A stretch of 64,000 nucleotides of DNA, from NCBI GenBank assembly GCA_044229975.1, contig JBGARZ010000008.1, positions 352,001 through 416,000 of the forward strand, written 5' to 3'. This document shows positions 49,242-62,325 of the stretch, in pieces; position 1 is the stretch's first letter, and every line of letters begins with the position of its first letter. The position numbers were made by a program, and so were the translations under genes. The stretch comes from Polyangiales bacterium. Lineage in GTDB: Bacteria > Myxococcota_A > Polyangia > Polyangiales > Ga0077539. Under the pieces are notes generated by a model. The model worked only from the letters and a program-made list of their open reading frames with translations. It made no database searches and was not told the DNA's origin.

Positions 49242-50170
49242 GCCGATGATCGCCCTGCGTCGCGTGCTGGTCATCGCGAAGCGCACCGCCTACGACCGGT
49301 ACATCCGTCAGCAGGGCGTTCCTCGCGTGAGGGAGCTCCTCGACCGCGGGGACGTCACCGTCGCGCGGATGATGCGCTCGGACGAGCACCACCATCGCAC
49401 CGTCGAGGAGGTTCAGCGCGCGCTGGAGACCGTCGGCGCGAAGGTCACGCTCCGCTACCGCGACCGCGTGGAATCGGTCGAAGCCTTCGACCTCGTGGTC
49501 ACCGTCGGCGGCGACGGGACGCTCCTCTGGGTCAGCCACGGCGTCGGCGACACCCCGATGCTGGGCGTCAACTCGGCGCCCCAAGACTCCGTCGGGTTTC
49601 TCTGTGGGACGCGCATGGGCGAGGTGCTCCCCCACCTCGAAGCCATCGCGAAGGGCGCCGCGCCGCGGGTGAAGCTCGCGCGCATGCAGGTGAGCGTCGA
49701 CGACGAGGTGGTGCACCGCCGCGTGCTCAACGACGTGCTCTTCGCCAACCCCCACCCGGCCCACACCTCGCGGTACCTCGTGTCGTTTCGCGGCGCGCTC
49801 GAAGAGCACAAGTCGTCGGGCATGTGGATCTCCACCGGCGCCGGCTCCACCGCCGCCATCCGCAGCGCGGGCGGTCGGCTCCTGTCACTGCGCTCGCGGC
49901 TGTTGCAGTTCGTGGTGCGCGAGCCCTACACCGCCGACGGATCGCCCTACGCCATGCCGCGCGGGCTCGTGCACGCGGGCGAGAAGCTCGAGATCCTCAA
50001 CAAGATGCGCGAGTGTCGCCTCTACATCGACGGCCCGCGGCTCTCCATCCCGGTCGACCTCGGGCAGCGGGTGAGCTTCTGCACCTCCGACGAGCCGCTC
50101 ACGGTGATGGGCGTCTCGGCCCGCGCGCTGTCCGAACGCGCGAGCCACAGCACCGTCGACGAGACGATGC

Positions 50171-51514
<1,344 letters not shown>

Positions 51515-51626
51515 GGTCGGGCACGATACGGGAGAAGCGTGTCGGTGTGCCACATCCATGACAGCCAACGCACGGGGCTCGTCAAAGGGTGTTCGCGCGC
51601 CGGGGAGGTCTGATAACGTCGTTGCG

Positions 51627-54600
51627 ATGAGGTCCATCCGACTTGGTTTTGCGCTCATGACGGCGGTGCTCCTGACCGCGTGCGCCCTCGACAACCCGAC
51701 GGATCGCGTGTTTCCCGACGCGGGTCCGTGCGGCACCATGGGGGCGGCGTGCTGTCCCCCGGCCGACGCGGGTCCGGGAGCAGCGCGAACCATCTGTCGC
51801 GGTGACGGCCTCCTCTGCTCGTCCGGCAACTGCGTGGCGTGCGGCGCCGCGGGCCAGCCGTGCTGTGCGCCCACCGCGGGCGGCATGGACGGCGGGTCGG
51901 GCGGCACCTGCACCGGCGCGGGCGTGTCGTGCCTCGCGAGCACGTGCGTCGACTGCTCCGGTCCCGACCGCGCGGTGTGCAACGGGCAGTGCGTGTCGCT
52001 CCTCAGCGACACCAACTGCGGCGGCTGCGGCACCGCGTGCGTGACCAGCTCGGGCGAGCGCTGCGTGCGCCCCGCGATGAGCAGCGTCGACGGCGGCGTG
52101 ACCGACGCGGGCTCTCAGCCCGACGGCGGGGCGCGGGTGGCTTTCTGCCAGATCCAGTGCCCGCCGGGGCAGACGCTCTGCGGCAACACCTGCCGCGACC
52201 TCACGAGCGACCCCAACAACTGCAGCGCGTGCAGCAGGCAGTGCTCGCTGCCGGGCGCAGTCTCCGGGTGCATGGCAAGCGCCTGCACGCTGGGCGCGTG
52301 CAACGACGGCTTCGGCAACTGCGACGGCAACAACGCCAACGGCTGCGAGGTCACCACGACGACCGACGCGATGAACTGCGGCACCTGCGGCAACCGCTGC
52401 AGCTTTGCCAACGCGGGCGCCACCTGCGTGGCGGGTCGCTGCGCGATGGGAACCTGCAACACCGGCTTCGCCGACTGCGACGGGAGTCCCATCAATGGCT
52501 GCGAGACCAACACGGCGATGGGCGACATCAACAACTGTGGGGCGTGCAGCAACCGCTGCCCGCCGCCCCCAGTGGGTGGCGTAGCGGCTTGCTCCGCTGG
52601 CGCTTGCGCCGTTGCGCTCTCCTGTCCCGCCGATCGCGCTGATTGCAACGTCTCCCGGGCTGACGGCTGCGAGGTCAACATCTTCACCGAGACCGCCAAC
52701 TGCGGTGCTTGCGGTCGCATGTGTTCCGCTGAGGGCGGTGTAGCGGGCTGCGCGAATGGCACATGCTCCATCACATGTTCCACCGGTCGATCCAACTGCG
52801 ACGGCATGGTTTCCACTGGTTGCGAGATCAACACCACCAACAACGTCAGCCACTGCGGAATGTGCGGGCGTTCGTGCACCTCGCTACCCAACGTGCTCGC
52901 GGCGGGCGTGGGCTGCACTGGCAGCGCGTGTACGCTCGGCGGCGGGACGGCTTCGTGCGTCGCTGGCTTCGGCAACTGCGACAGCAACGCCAACAACGGC
53001 TGCGAGACCAACACCAACGTCGACGGCACCAACTGCGGCGCCTGCGGCCGGATGTGCCTCGCTGGTCAGACCTGCCGAATGGGCACCTGCACCACCGTCT
53101 GCGCAGCAGGCACCGATCCGTGCACGGTCGCCAGCGTCACGACCTGCCGCGACCTCCAGAGCGACCGGGCCAACTGCGGCGCTTGCGGTGTCACCTGCCC
53201 GACCGGCCAAGTCTGCGCGAGCGGCACATGTCAGGTCTCCTGCGGCAGCACGCAAACCAACTGCTCGGGCACCTGCCGCGACCTCACCTCTGATCGCAAC
53301 AACTGCAACGGCTGCGGTATCGCCTGCGCCAGCGGTCAGATCTGCATGGGCAGCGCGTGCGTGACCACCTGCCTCTCCGGGCAGACCGACTGCTCGGGCA
53401 CCTGCCGCAACCTCGTGACGGACAACACCAACTGCGGGATGTGCGGGCGCATCTGCACGGGCGGCACGAGCTGCTCGGGGAGCACCTGCTCGTGCCCGTC
53501 GGGTCAGACCAACTGCACCGGGACGTGTCGCTCGCTCCAGACCGACAACAACAACTGCGGCACCTGCGGCACCGTGTGCGCCGGGGGCACCGTCTGCACC
53601 GCTGGCGTCTGCCGCGCCAACTGCGCGACGGGTCAGACCGACTGCTCGGGCGTCTGCCGCGACCTCGCGACGGACAACACGAACTGCGGGATGTGCGGTC
53701 GGGCCTGCACCGGCGGCACGCTCTGCATCTCCGGGAGCTGCGCCTGCCCGACCGGGCAGATCAACTGCTCGGGCACCTGCCGGGCGACCCTGACCGACAG
53801 CAACAACTGCGGAACGACCACGGCCGCCTGCGGCAACGTGTGCCCGTCGGGGCAGTTCTGCTCGGGCGGCGCGTGCAACACGACCTGCGCGTCGCCGACG
53901 TTCAACTGCTCGGGCTTCTGCCGCGACCGCTCCAACGATCCGTCCAACTGCGGGGCGTGCGGGACGGTGTGCACGCGGGCCAACGGCGTGGCGGGCTGCG
54001 CGTCGAGCGCGTGCACCCTCGCGGCCTGCAACGCCGGCTTCGGCAACTGCGACGGCGACGCCAGCAACGGCTGCGAGGTCAACACCAACACCACGGTGAC
54101 CAACTGCGGCGTGTGCGGCAACAGCTGCCAGTTCGCCAACGCGGCCGCCACCTGCGTGGCCGGACGCTGCACCATGGGCGCCTGCGCGACGGGCTTCCGC
54201 GACTGCAACGGCTCGGCCGTCGACGGCTGCGAGGTCAACATCACCGCGGGTGACATCAACAACTGCGGCGCGTGCACCACCCGCTGCCCGACGCCGCCCG
54301 TCGGCAGCATCGCGGTGTGCGCGTCGTCGACCTGCGGCACCTCCAGCGTGAGCTGCGCGGCGGGCACCGCCGACTGCAACGGCCTGCCCGCGGACGTGTG
54401 CGAGGTGAACATCACCACGACGAGCAACTGCGGCGCCTGCGGCCGCGCGTGCGTGAGCACCAACGGCACGGCGAGCTGCACCTCGGGCCTGTGCGGCATC
54501 GCCTGCTCGACGGGCTTCGGCAACTGCAACGGCGTGCTGAGCGACGGCTGCGAGATCAACACCCGCACCAGCCCCACCAACTGCGGCGCCTGCAACAACA

Positions 54601-55418
54601 TCTGCGCCCTCGCCAACGCCACCTCCGGGTGCGCGAGCAGCGCGTGCACCATCGCGAGCTGCAACGCCGGCTTCGACAACTGCGACGGCGTGGTCGCCAA
54701 CGGCTGCGAGACCAACCTCAACAGCAGCAACACCAACTGCGGCGCCTGCGGCACCGTCTGCGGATCGGGCACCGTCTGCTCGGCGGGCGTGTGCGTGAGT
54801 TCGTGCGGGTCGGGTCAGACCAACTGCTCGGGCACCTGCCGCAACCTCACCTCCGATCCCGACGCGTGCGGCGCGTGCAGCACCGTGTGCTCGGGCACCG
54901 GCGTCGTGTCGCGCACCTGCGGCGCGAGCGCGTGCAACGGCGTCTGCCAGGCGGGCCGCGCCAACTGCGACGGCAACCTCCAGAGCAACGGGTGCGAGAT
55001 CGACACCAACACCTCGGTCACCCAGTGCGGCGCGTGCACCGGTGCGGCGTGCTCGACCAGCAACATCGCGGTGGCCTGCTCGGGCGGCAACTGCACCGGC
55101 ACCTGCAACGTGGGCTTCGCCGACTGCGACGCCAACAAGCGCACCAACGGTTGCGAGATCAACACCACCAACGACGTCAACAACTGCGGCTCGTGCGCCA
55201 ACGTCTGCCCGGCGCGCGCCAACGCGGCGACGACGTGCGTGAGCAGCGCGTGCGGGTTTACCTGCAACGCGGACTTCGCCGATTGCGACGGCATGGCGGC
55301 CACCGGCTGCGAGGCCGACCTCTCGCTCGCCACGCACTGCGGCGCCTGCGGCGTCGTGTGCTCCGGCGGGACGCCGAGCTGCGTTCTGATGAGCGGCAGC
55401 TACGTCTGCGGCATCTGA
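51627..55418 (+). CDS. Giant Cys-rich repeat lipoprotein (paralog A)
   Basis: Lipobox LTAC; more than 20 NCGxCxxxC units; no globular head seen. Confidence 0.85.
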   Translation: MRSIRLGFALMTAVLLTACALDNPTDRVFPDAGPCGTMGAACCPPADAGPGAARTICRGDGLLCSSGNCVACGAAGQPCCAPTAGGMDGGSGGTCTGAGVSCLASTCVDCSGPDRAVCNGQCVSLLSDTNCGGCGTACVTSSGERCVRPAMSSVDGGVTDAGSQPDGGARVAFCQIQCPPGQTLCGNTCRDLTSDPNNCSACSRQCSLPGAVSGCMASACTLGACNDGFGNCDGNNANGCEVTTTTDAMNCGTCGNRCSFANAGATCVAGRCAMGTCNTGFADCDGSPINGCETNTAMGDINNCGACSNRCPPPPVGGVAACSAGACAVALSCPADRADCNVSRADGCEVNIFTETANCGACGRMCSAEGGVAGCANGTCSITCSTGRSNCDGMVSTGCEINTTNNVSHCGMCGRSCTSLPNVLAAGVGCTGSACTLGGGTASCVAGFGNCDSNANNGCETNTNVDGTNCGACGRMCLAGQTCRMGTCTTVCAAGTDPCTVASVTTCRDLQSDRANCGACGVTCPTGQVCASGTCQVSCGSTQTNCSGTCRDLTSDRNNCNGCGIACASGQICMGSACVTTCLSGQTDCSGTCRNLVTDNTNCGMCGRICTGGTSCSGSTCSCPSGQTNCTGTCRSLQTDNNNCGTCGTVCAGGTVCTAGVCRANCATGQTDCSGVCRDLATDNTNCGMCGRACTGGTLCISGSCACPTGQINCSGTCRATLTDSNNCGTTTAACGNVCPSGQFCSGGACNTTCASPTFNCSGFCRDRSNDPSNCGACGTVCTRANGVAGCASSACTLAACNAGFGNCDGDASNGCEVNTNTTVTNCGVCGNSCQFANAAATCVAGRCTMGACATGFRDCNGSAVDGCEVNITAGDINNCGACTTRCPTPPVGSIAVCASSTCGTSSVSCAAGTADCNGLPADVCEVNITTTSNCGACGRACVSTNGTASCTSGLCGIACSTGFGNCNGVLSDGCEINTRTSPTNCGACNNICALANATSGCASSACTIASCNAGFDNCDGVVANGCETNLNSSNTNCGACGTVCGSGTVCSAGVCVSSCGSGQTNCSGTCRNLTSDPDACGACSTVCSGTGVVSRTCGASACNGVCQAGRANCDGNLQSNGCEIDTNTSVTQCGACTGAACSTSNIAVACSGGNCTGTCNVGFADCDANKRTNGCEINTTNDVNNCGSCANVCPARANAATTCVSSACGFTCNADFADCDGMAATGCEADLSLATHCGACGVVCSGGTPSCVLMSGSYVCGI

Positions 55419-55579
55419 CCGCGTCCCTCCTCCCGTAGCGGGCGCGATCGACCGCGCCCGCATTCCCCCCCGACAAACACTGCGGGCCCACGCTGCGGCG
55501 TCAGCGCGACGTGGGTCCGCCGACTGCGGGCCTGACCGGTGCACACCCGATGTCCAGCACCGATGACCCGACTGGTGTT

Positions 55580-56662
55580 CTAGAACGCTCCGCCGACCAC
55601 GGCGCCGCCCACCCCGGGCGCGACCCACGGCACGACGGACCAGCGCGGCGCCGCGGGCGTCGACGGAGCCGTCACCGCGAGCACCAGGCCCGTCACCGCG
55701 AGGACGCCACCAGCGACGCCCGACACCAGCGCGATGGTCGCCGACGACGAGAGCCGCGAGCAGAGGTCCTGCACCTGCGACGCGTCGGAGCCGGTGCGGG
55801 TGCGGGCGAGCTCGCAGACCTCGGTGCCCGAACGACCGCGGTTGAAGTTCTCGTCGGCCTGAAAGCGCGCCCACGCCCCGTACGGTTCGGCGGACGTCGG
55901 CGTCGCGTCGGTGGCGCTGCCGTTGGCGCTCGCGTTGAGCCCGAAGAACACCCCCGACACCACCAACGCCGCGGCGCCCGTCCCGAGGAGGGCGTAGCCC
56001 ACGTAGCGCCTCGTCGGCACACGGCGCACCGTGGCCTCGGGCGGCCGCACCGCGAGCGCGACCGGCGCCGCCTCGACGACCGTCGTGCTGGGTGCAGCAA
56101 CCGTCGGCGTCGCGGGAGGAGCGTCGAGCGACGCCAGGGTCACCGTCTCGCGCAGCGGCGCGCGGCCGACCTCCACCGTGCGCGTCACCGACGCGTGGGC
56201 CTCCGCGCGCACCGTGAACGTCACCGGGCCCGTCGCCACGCGCAGCGTCGCCGGGAGCCGCCCGACCACCGTCGCGCCGATGAGCACCTCGGCCCCGACG
56301 GGCGCGCCTTGGATCTCCATGCGCCCGACGTGCGCGCGAATCTCCGCGAGCGAGTCTTCCAGCGCGCGGCGGTTGCGGCGGATCCAACGGTGCTCGCGCT
56401 CGGCGATGGCCGCCGCGAGGTGGGCCTCGGCGTCGACCCAGCGACCGAGGGCCTGCTCGGCGAGGGCGACCTGCGCGAGCGCCCGCGGCGACCGCTGCGC
56501 CTCCCACGCCTGGCGAAACACCCGCAGCGCGGCTTCGTCCTGTCCGGCGGTGCGCAGCTCGACCCCGCGGTCGATGAGCGCGTCGGCGTCCTGACCCTGG
56601 GCGATGGACGCCGCGAGCGTGACCACGAGGCAACCCACCACGGCAAAACGCACGCTGGCCAT
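55580..56662 (-). CDS. TPR + PEGA domain protein
   Basis: Signal peptide; TPR (AEQALGRWVDAE); PEGA-like GAEVLIG...GRLP; two hydrophobic segments; ends VVGGAF. Confidence 0.78.
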   Translation of the reverse strand: MASVRFAVVGCLVVTLAASIAQGQDADALIDRGVELRTAGQDEAALRVFRQAWEAQRSPRALAQVALAEQALGRWVDAEAHLAAAIAEREHRWIRRNRRALEDSLAEIRAHVGRMEIQGAPVGAEVLIGATVVGRLPATLRVATGPVTFTVRAEAHASVTRTVEVGRAPLRETVTLASLDAPPATPTVAAPSTTVVEAAPVALAVRPPEATVRRVPTRRYVGYALLGTGAAALVVSGVFFGLNASANGSATDATPTSAEPYGAWARFQADENFNRGRSGTEVCELARTRTGSDASQVQDLCSRLSSSATIALVSGVAGGVLAVTGLVLAVTAPSTPAAPRWSVVPWVAPGVGGAVVGGAF

Positions 56663-56801
56663 GTGCGTGACTCGCGTATCACTCCGACCGCGGCGTTGGA
56701 AGGACCTTCGACCCTGCAACTCCCTCGACCCCGCACGGCTCTGCGGGTGTCTTGCGCCGCCGCGCGAGTCGTGACCAGACTCCGCGCGGATCAGCGCCCC
56801 G

Positions 56802-58289
<1,488 letters not shown>

Positions 58290-58344
58290 CGGTTCTCGTT
58301 CAAGGTCGGCGAAGGCCCCCGTCGTGATATCCACGGAGGCAACG

Positions 58345-61272
58345 ATGCGCGCTCGGGGCTACGTCGGGCTGTTGGTTGCGTTGCTGTCGGCGTGTTCGTT
58401 CGCGCCGGACAACCCCTCGTTGCGGGCGCTCCCCGACGCGAGCGCCGCTCCCGACCTCGGCGGTCGCATCGACGTCAGCACCACCCTCGACGTCCGCGTC
58501 GACATCGGCACCCTCCCCGACCGCACGACGCCCGTCGACGTCGTCGCGCTCCCCGACGCAGACCTCGACGCCTGCGCGGGCGCCATCTGCGAAGGCCGAT
58601 GCGTCTCGCTCGTCAACGACCCCGACCACTGCGGCGCGTGCGGGCGGCGGTGCGAGCTCCCCGGCGCCATCACCGGCTGCATGGCGGGCGAGTGCACCTT
58701 CGCGAGCTGTCGTGACGGCTTCGGCAATTGCGACGGCAGCCCCATCAACGGCTGCGAGGCCGCGACCTCCATCGACGTCACCAACTGCGGCGCGTGCGGC
58801 AACCGGTGCAGCTTCGCCAACGCCGACGCCACCTGCGCGGCGGGCGCCTGCGTGATGGGCGCCTGCGCCGCGGGCTTCGCCAACTGCGACGGCAACGCGA
58901 CCAACGGCTGCGAGACCAACGTCGGCACTGGGGACCTCGCCAACTGCGGCGCGTGCGGCAACGCCTGCCCGACGCCCCCGAGCGGCGTCACCGCGCTGTG
59001 CGTGGGCGGGGTGTGCGGCCTCGGCGTTCCGGTGTGCACGAGCGATCGCGCCAACTGCGACGGCGAGAGCGCCAACGGGTGCGAGGTGGCCATCTTCAGC
59101 GACGTCGGTCACTGCGGCGGCTGCGGGATGCGTTGCAGCGACACGGGCGGCACCGCGCGCTGCATGGGCGGCGTGTGCGCCATCACCTGCTCGCCGGGGC
59201 TCGGCGACTGCGACGGCGACGTGGCCAACGGGTGCGAGACGAGCACCAACACCAGCACGACGCACTGCGGGGCCTGCAACCGCGTGTGCGCGGTCGCCAA
59301 CGCGACGGCGGCATGCGTGAGCGGGGCCTGCACGGTCGGGATGTGCGACGCGGGCTACGCCGACTGCGACGGCAGCGTGACCAACGGGTGCGAGGTCAAC
59401 ACGGCCGTCGATGAGTCCAACTGCGGGACGTGCGGCGCGGCGTGCCCGGGTGGTCAGCTCTGCTCGGCGGGCGTGTGCCTCGCCAACTGCGCGACGGGCC
59501 AGACCGGGTGCGCGGGCGTCTGCCGCGACCTCGCGACGGACAACACCAACTGTGGGGCGTGCGGGCGCGCGTGCGCGGGCGGGACGTTTTGCGTGGCGGG
59601 CGCCTGCGTGTGCCCGGTCGGGCAGACGAGCTGCTCGGGCACCTGCCGCGCGACGCAGACCGACAACAACCACTGCGGCGCGTGCGGCATCGTCTGCGCC
59701 ACGGGGCAGGTCTGCTCGGGCGGCGTCTGCGGCACCACCTGCGCGTCGCCCACCGTCAACTGCTCGGGCCTCTGCCGCGACCGCGCCACCGACCCCAACA
59801 ACTGCGGGGCGTGCGGGACGGTGTGCACGCGGGCCAACGGCGTGGCGGGCTGCGCGTCGAGCGCGTGCACCCTCGCGGCCTGCAACGCCGGCTTCGGCAA
59901 CTGCGACGGCAACGCCGCCAACGGCTGCGAGGTCAACACCAACACCACGGTGACCAACTGCGGCGTGTGCGGCAACAGCTGCCAGTTCGCCAACGCGGCC
60001 GCCACCTGCGTGGCGGGGCGCTGCACCATGGGCGCCTGCGCGACAGGCTTCCGCGACTGCAACGGCTCGGCCGTCGACGGCTGCGAGGTCAACGTCACCG
60101 CGGGCAACATCAACCACTGCGGCGCGTGCAACACCCGCTGCCCGACGCCGCCCGTCGGCAGCATCGCGGTGTGCACGGCGTCGACCTGCGGCACCTCCAG
60201 CGTGAGCTGCGCAGCAGGCACCGCCGACTGCAACGGCCTGCCCGTGGACATGTGCGAGGTGAACATCACCACGACGAGCAACTGCGGCGCCTGCGGCCGC
60301 GCGTGCGTGAGCACCAACGGCACGGCGAGCTGCACCTCGGGCCTGTGCGGCATCACCTGCTCGACGGGCTTCGGCAACTGCAACGGCGTGCTGAGCGACG
60401 GCTGCGAGATCAACACCCGCACCAGCCCCACCAACTGCGGCGCCTGCAACAACCTCTGCGCCCTCGCCAACGCCACCTCCGGGTGCACGAGCGGCGTGTG
60501 CGCCATCGCGAGCTGCAACGCCGGCTTCGACAACTGCGACGGCATGGTCGCCAACGGCTGCGAGACCAACCTCAACAGCAGCAACACCAACTGCGGCGCC
60601 TGCGGCACCGTGTGCGGGTCGGGCACCGTCTGCTCGGCGGGCGTGTGCGTGAGTTCGTGCGGGTCGGGTCAGACCAACTGCTCGGGCACCTGCCGCAACC
60701 TCACCGCCGACCCCGACGCGTGCGGCGCCTGCGGCAACGTCTGCTCGGGCACCGGCGTCGCGTCGCGCACCTGCGGCGCGAGCGCGTGCAACGGCGTCTG
60801 CGCGGCGGGCCGCGCCAACTGCGACGGCAACCTCCAGAGCAACGGCTGCGAGGTCGACACCAACACCTCGGTCACCCAGTGCGGCGCGTGCACCGGTGCG
60901 GCGTGCTCGACCAGCAACATCGCGGTGGCCTGCTCGGGCGGCAACTGCACGGGCACCTGCAACGTGGGCTTCGCCGACTGCGACGCCAACAAGCGCACCA
61001 ACGGCTGCGAGATCAACACCACCAACAACCCGAACCACTGCGGCGCGTGCGCCAACGTCTGCCCGCTCCGCGCCAACGCCTCGGCGACGTGTGTGAGCAG
61101 CGCGTGCGGGTTTGCGTGCGAGCCGGGCTGGGGCAACTGCGACGGCATGGCGGCCAACGGCTGCGAGGCGAGCCTGACCACCAACGGCAACTGCGGCGCG
61201 TGCGGGACGGTGTGCAGCGGGGCGACGCCCAACTGCATCCTGCTCGTCGAGGGTGCGGGCTGCGGGCTGTGA
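58345..61272 (+). CDS. Giant Cys-rich repeat lipoprotein (paralog B)
   Basis: Lipobox LSAC; Asp-rich spacer; same repeats as 51627-55418. Confidence 0.85.
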   Translation: MRARGYVGLLVALLSACSFAPDNPSLRALPDASAAPDLGGRIDVSTTLDVRVDIGTLPDRTTPVDVVALPDADLDACAGAICEGRCVSLVNDPDHCGACGRRCELPGAITGCMAGECTFASCRDGFGNCDGSPINGCEAATSIDVTNCGACGNRCSFANADATCAAGACVMGACAAGFANCDGNATNGCETNVGTGDLANCGACGNACPTPPSGVTALCVGGVCGLGVPVCTSDRANCDGESANGCEVAIFSDVGHCGGCGMRCSDTGGTARCMGGVCAITCSPGLGDCDGDVANGCETSTNTSTTHCGACNRVCAVANATAACVSGACTVGMCDAGYADCDGSVTNGCEVNTAVDESNCGTCGAACPGGQLCSAGVCLANCATGQTGCAGVCRDLATDNTNCGACGRACAGGTFCVAGACVCPVGQTSCSGTCRATQTDNNHCGACGIVCATGQVCSGGVCGTTCASPTVNCSGLCRDRATDPNNCGACGTVCTRANGVAGCASSACTLAACNAGFGNCDGNAANGCEVNTNTTVTNCGVCGNSCQFANAAATCVAGRCTMGACATGFRDCNGSAVDGCEVNVTAGNINHCGACNTRCPTPPVGSIAVCTASTCGTSSVSCAAGTADCNGLPVDMCEVNITTTSNCGACGRACVSTNGTASCTSGLCGITCSTGFGNCNGVLSDGCEINTRTSPTNCGACNNLCALANATSGCTSGVCAIASCNAGFDNCDGMVANGCETNLNSSNTNCGACGTVCGSGTVCSAGVCVSSCGSGQTNCSGTCRNLTADPDACGACGNVCSGTGVASRTCGASACNGVCAAGRANCDGNLQSNGCEVDTNTSVTQCGACTGAACSTSNIAVACSGGNCTGTCNVGFADCDANKRTNGCEINTTNNPNHCGACANVCPLRANASATCVSSACGFACEPGWGNCDGMAANGCEASLTTNGNCGACGTVCSGATPNCILLVEGAGCGL

Positions 61273-61276
61273 GGGA

Positions 61277-61561
61277 TTAGACGGCGCGGCGGCGAGCGGC
61301 GCCCGGCTGGCGGGTGACCTGCGGCTTGGCGCGGGGAGCGGCGGGCGGCGCAGCGACGCGGGGCGCGCGCGGGGTGTTGGCGTCGGCAGGGGCGTCGGCC
61401 TCGGCCGCGTCGGCGGCGTCTGCAGCGGCGGTGGCAGCGGCAGCGGCGGCGCGCTGGGTGGCGAGCTCGGCGGCGTGCGCGGCCTCGTCCTTGGGGAGGT
61501 GACACTTCTTGTACTTGAGACCCGAGCCGCAGTGGCACGGGTCGTTGCGACCGACCTTCAT
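61277..61561 (-). CDS. SEC-C motif protein
   Basis: KVGRNDPCHCGSGLKYKKCH. Confidence 0.88.
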   Translation of the reverse strand: MKVGRNDPCHCGSGLKYKKCHLPKDEAAHAAELATQRAAAAAATAAADAADAAEADAPADANTPRAPRVAAPPAAPRAKPQVTRQPGAARRRAV

Positions 61562-61648
61562 GGAGAAACCTCTCTGTCCGTGTGATGGGCGCGGCTTCGG
61601 GCCGCGGCGGGCGGCGATGGTAGCGCAGCCCGCGCGAGGCGGCAGAGG

Positions 61649-61867
61649 CTATTCGGGCGGGCGAGAGGGAGGCGCGTGCTCGGCCGCGGGCAGCGAGGGG
61701 TGGTCTTCGCGCGGGGGTTCGGTGCGGCGACGGCAGGTCTTCGCGCAGACCGGGCAGCAGTGCGCCCAGACGTCGCCGACGAGCACCGGCACCGTCGCCA
61801 TCTCGGGGCACTGGTAGGGCTCCGCCGCCCCGTCCTCCGTGGTGAAGACCCGCTCACATCGGATCAT
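61649..61867 (-). CDS. Small Cys-rich hypothetical protein
   Basis: MIRCERVF...YQCP...HCCPVCAKTC; no family recognised. Confidence 0.45.
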   Translation of the reverse strand: MIRCERVFTTEDGAAEPYQCPEMATVPVLVGDVWAHCCPVCAKTCRRRTEPPREDHPSLPAAEHAPPSRPPE

Positions 61868-61922
61868 CGGTGGAGTGTGTTCCGGTTGGCGGGCGCTTGT
61901 CGATGAGCCCGGCGGAGGAGTG

Positions 61923-62259
61923 GTGTCCGAGTTAGGACACCGATTGTCGAGCGCCCGCCAAAGTAGGACACCTGCGTCGCTCACGCCGGAGTTCACCGTG
62001 CCGTCCTCGCGCTCACCGCGTCCGGTTCACTCCGGGCTATTTCACGCGGATCGCCCCGCTTGAAGCGGGGCTCCGTGGCTCGTCATGCGATGATTGGTGG
62101 CCCACGATCGGATTCACGGAGCCCCGCTTCGAGCGGGGCGATCCGCGTGAAATAGCCGTGGAGTGAACCGGACGCAGTGAGCGCGAGGACGGCACGGTGA
62201 ACTCCGGCGTGAGCGATGCGGGTTCTCAACTTGGGACACTTGGCTTCAACTTAGGACAC
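61923..62259. repeat. Long palindrome (~103-bp core arms, 37-nt loop) flanked by GGACAC motifs
   Basis: 61975-62077 is the reverse complement of 62115-62218; outer gtgtccgagtt / aacttaggacac. Confidence 0.9.
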
Positions 62260-62325
62260 GACCGGCGGTGGCAACGGCCCGCGCCGTGGTCGCAGACGAT
62301 GGTTTCACGATAGCGTCGGGTCCCT

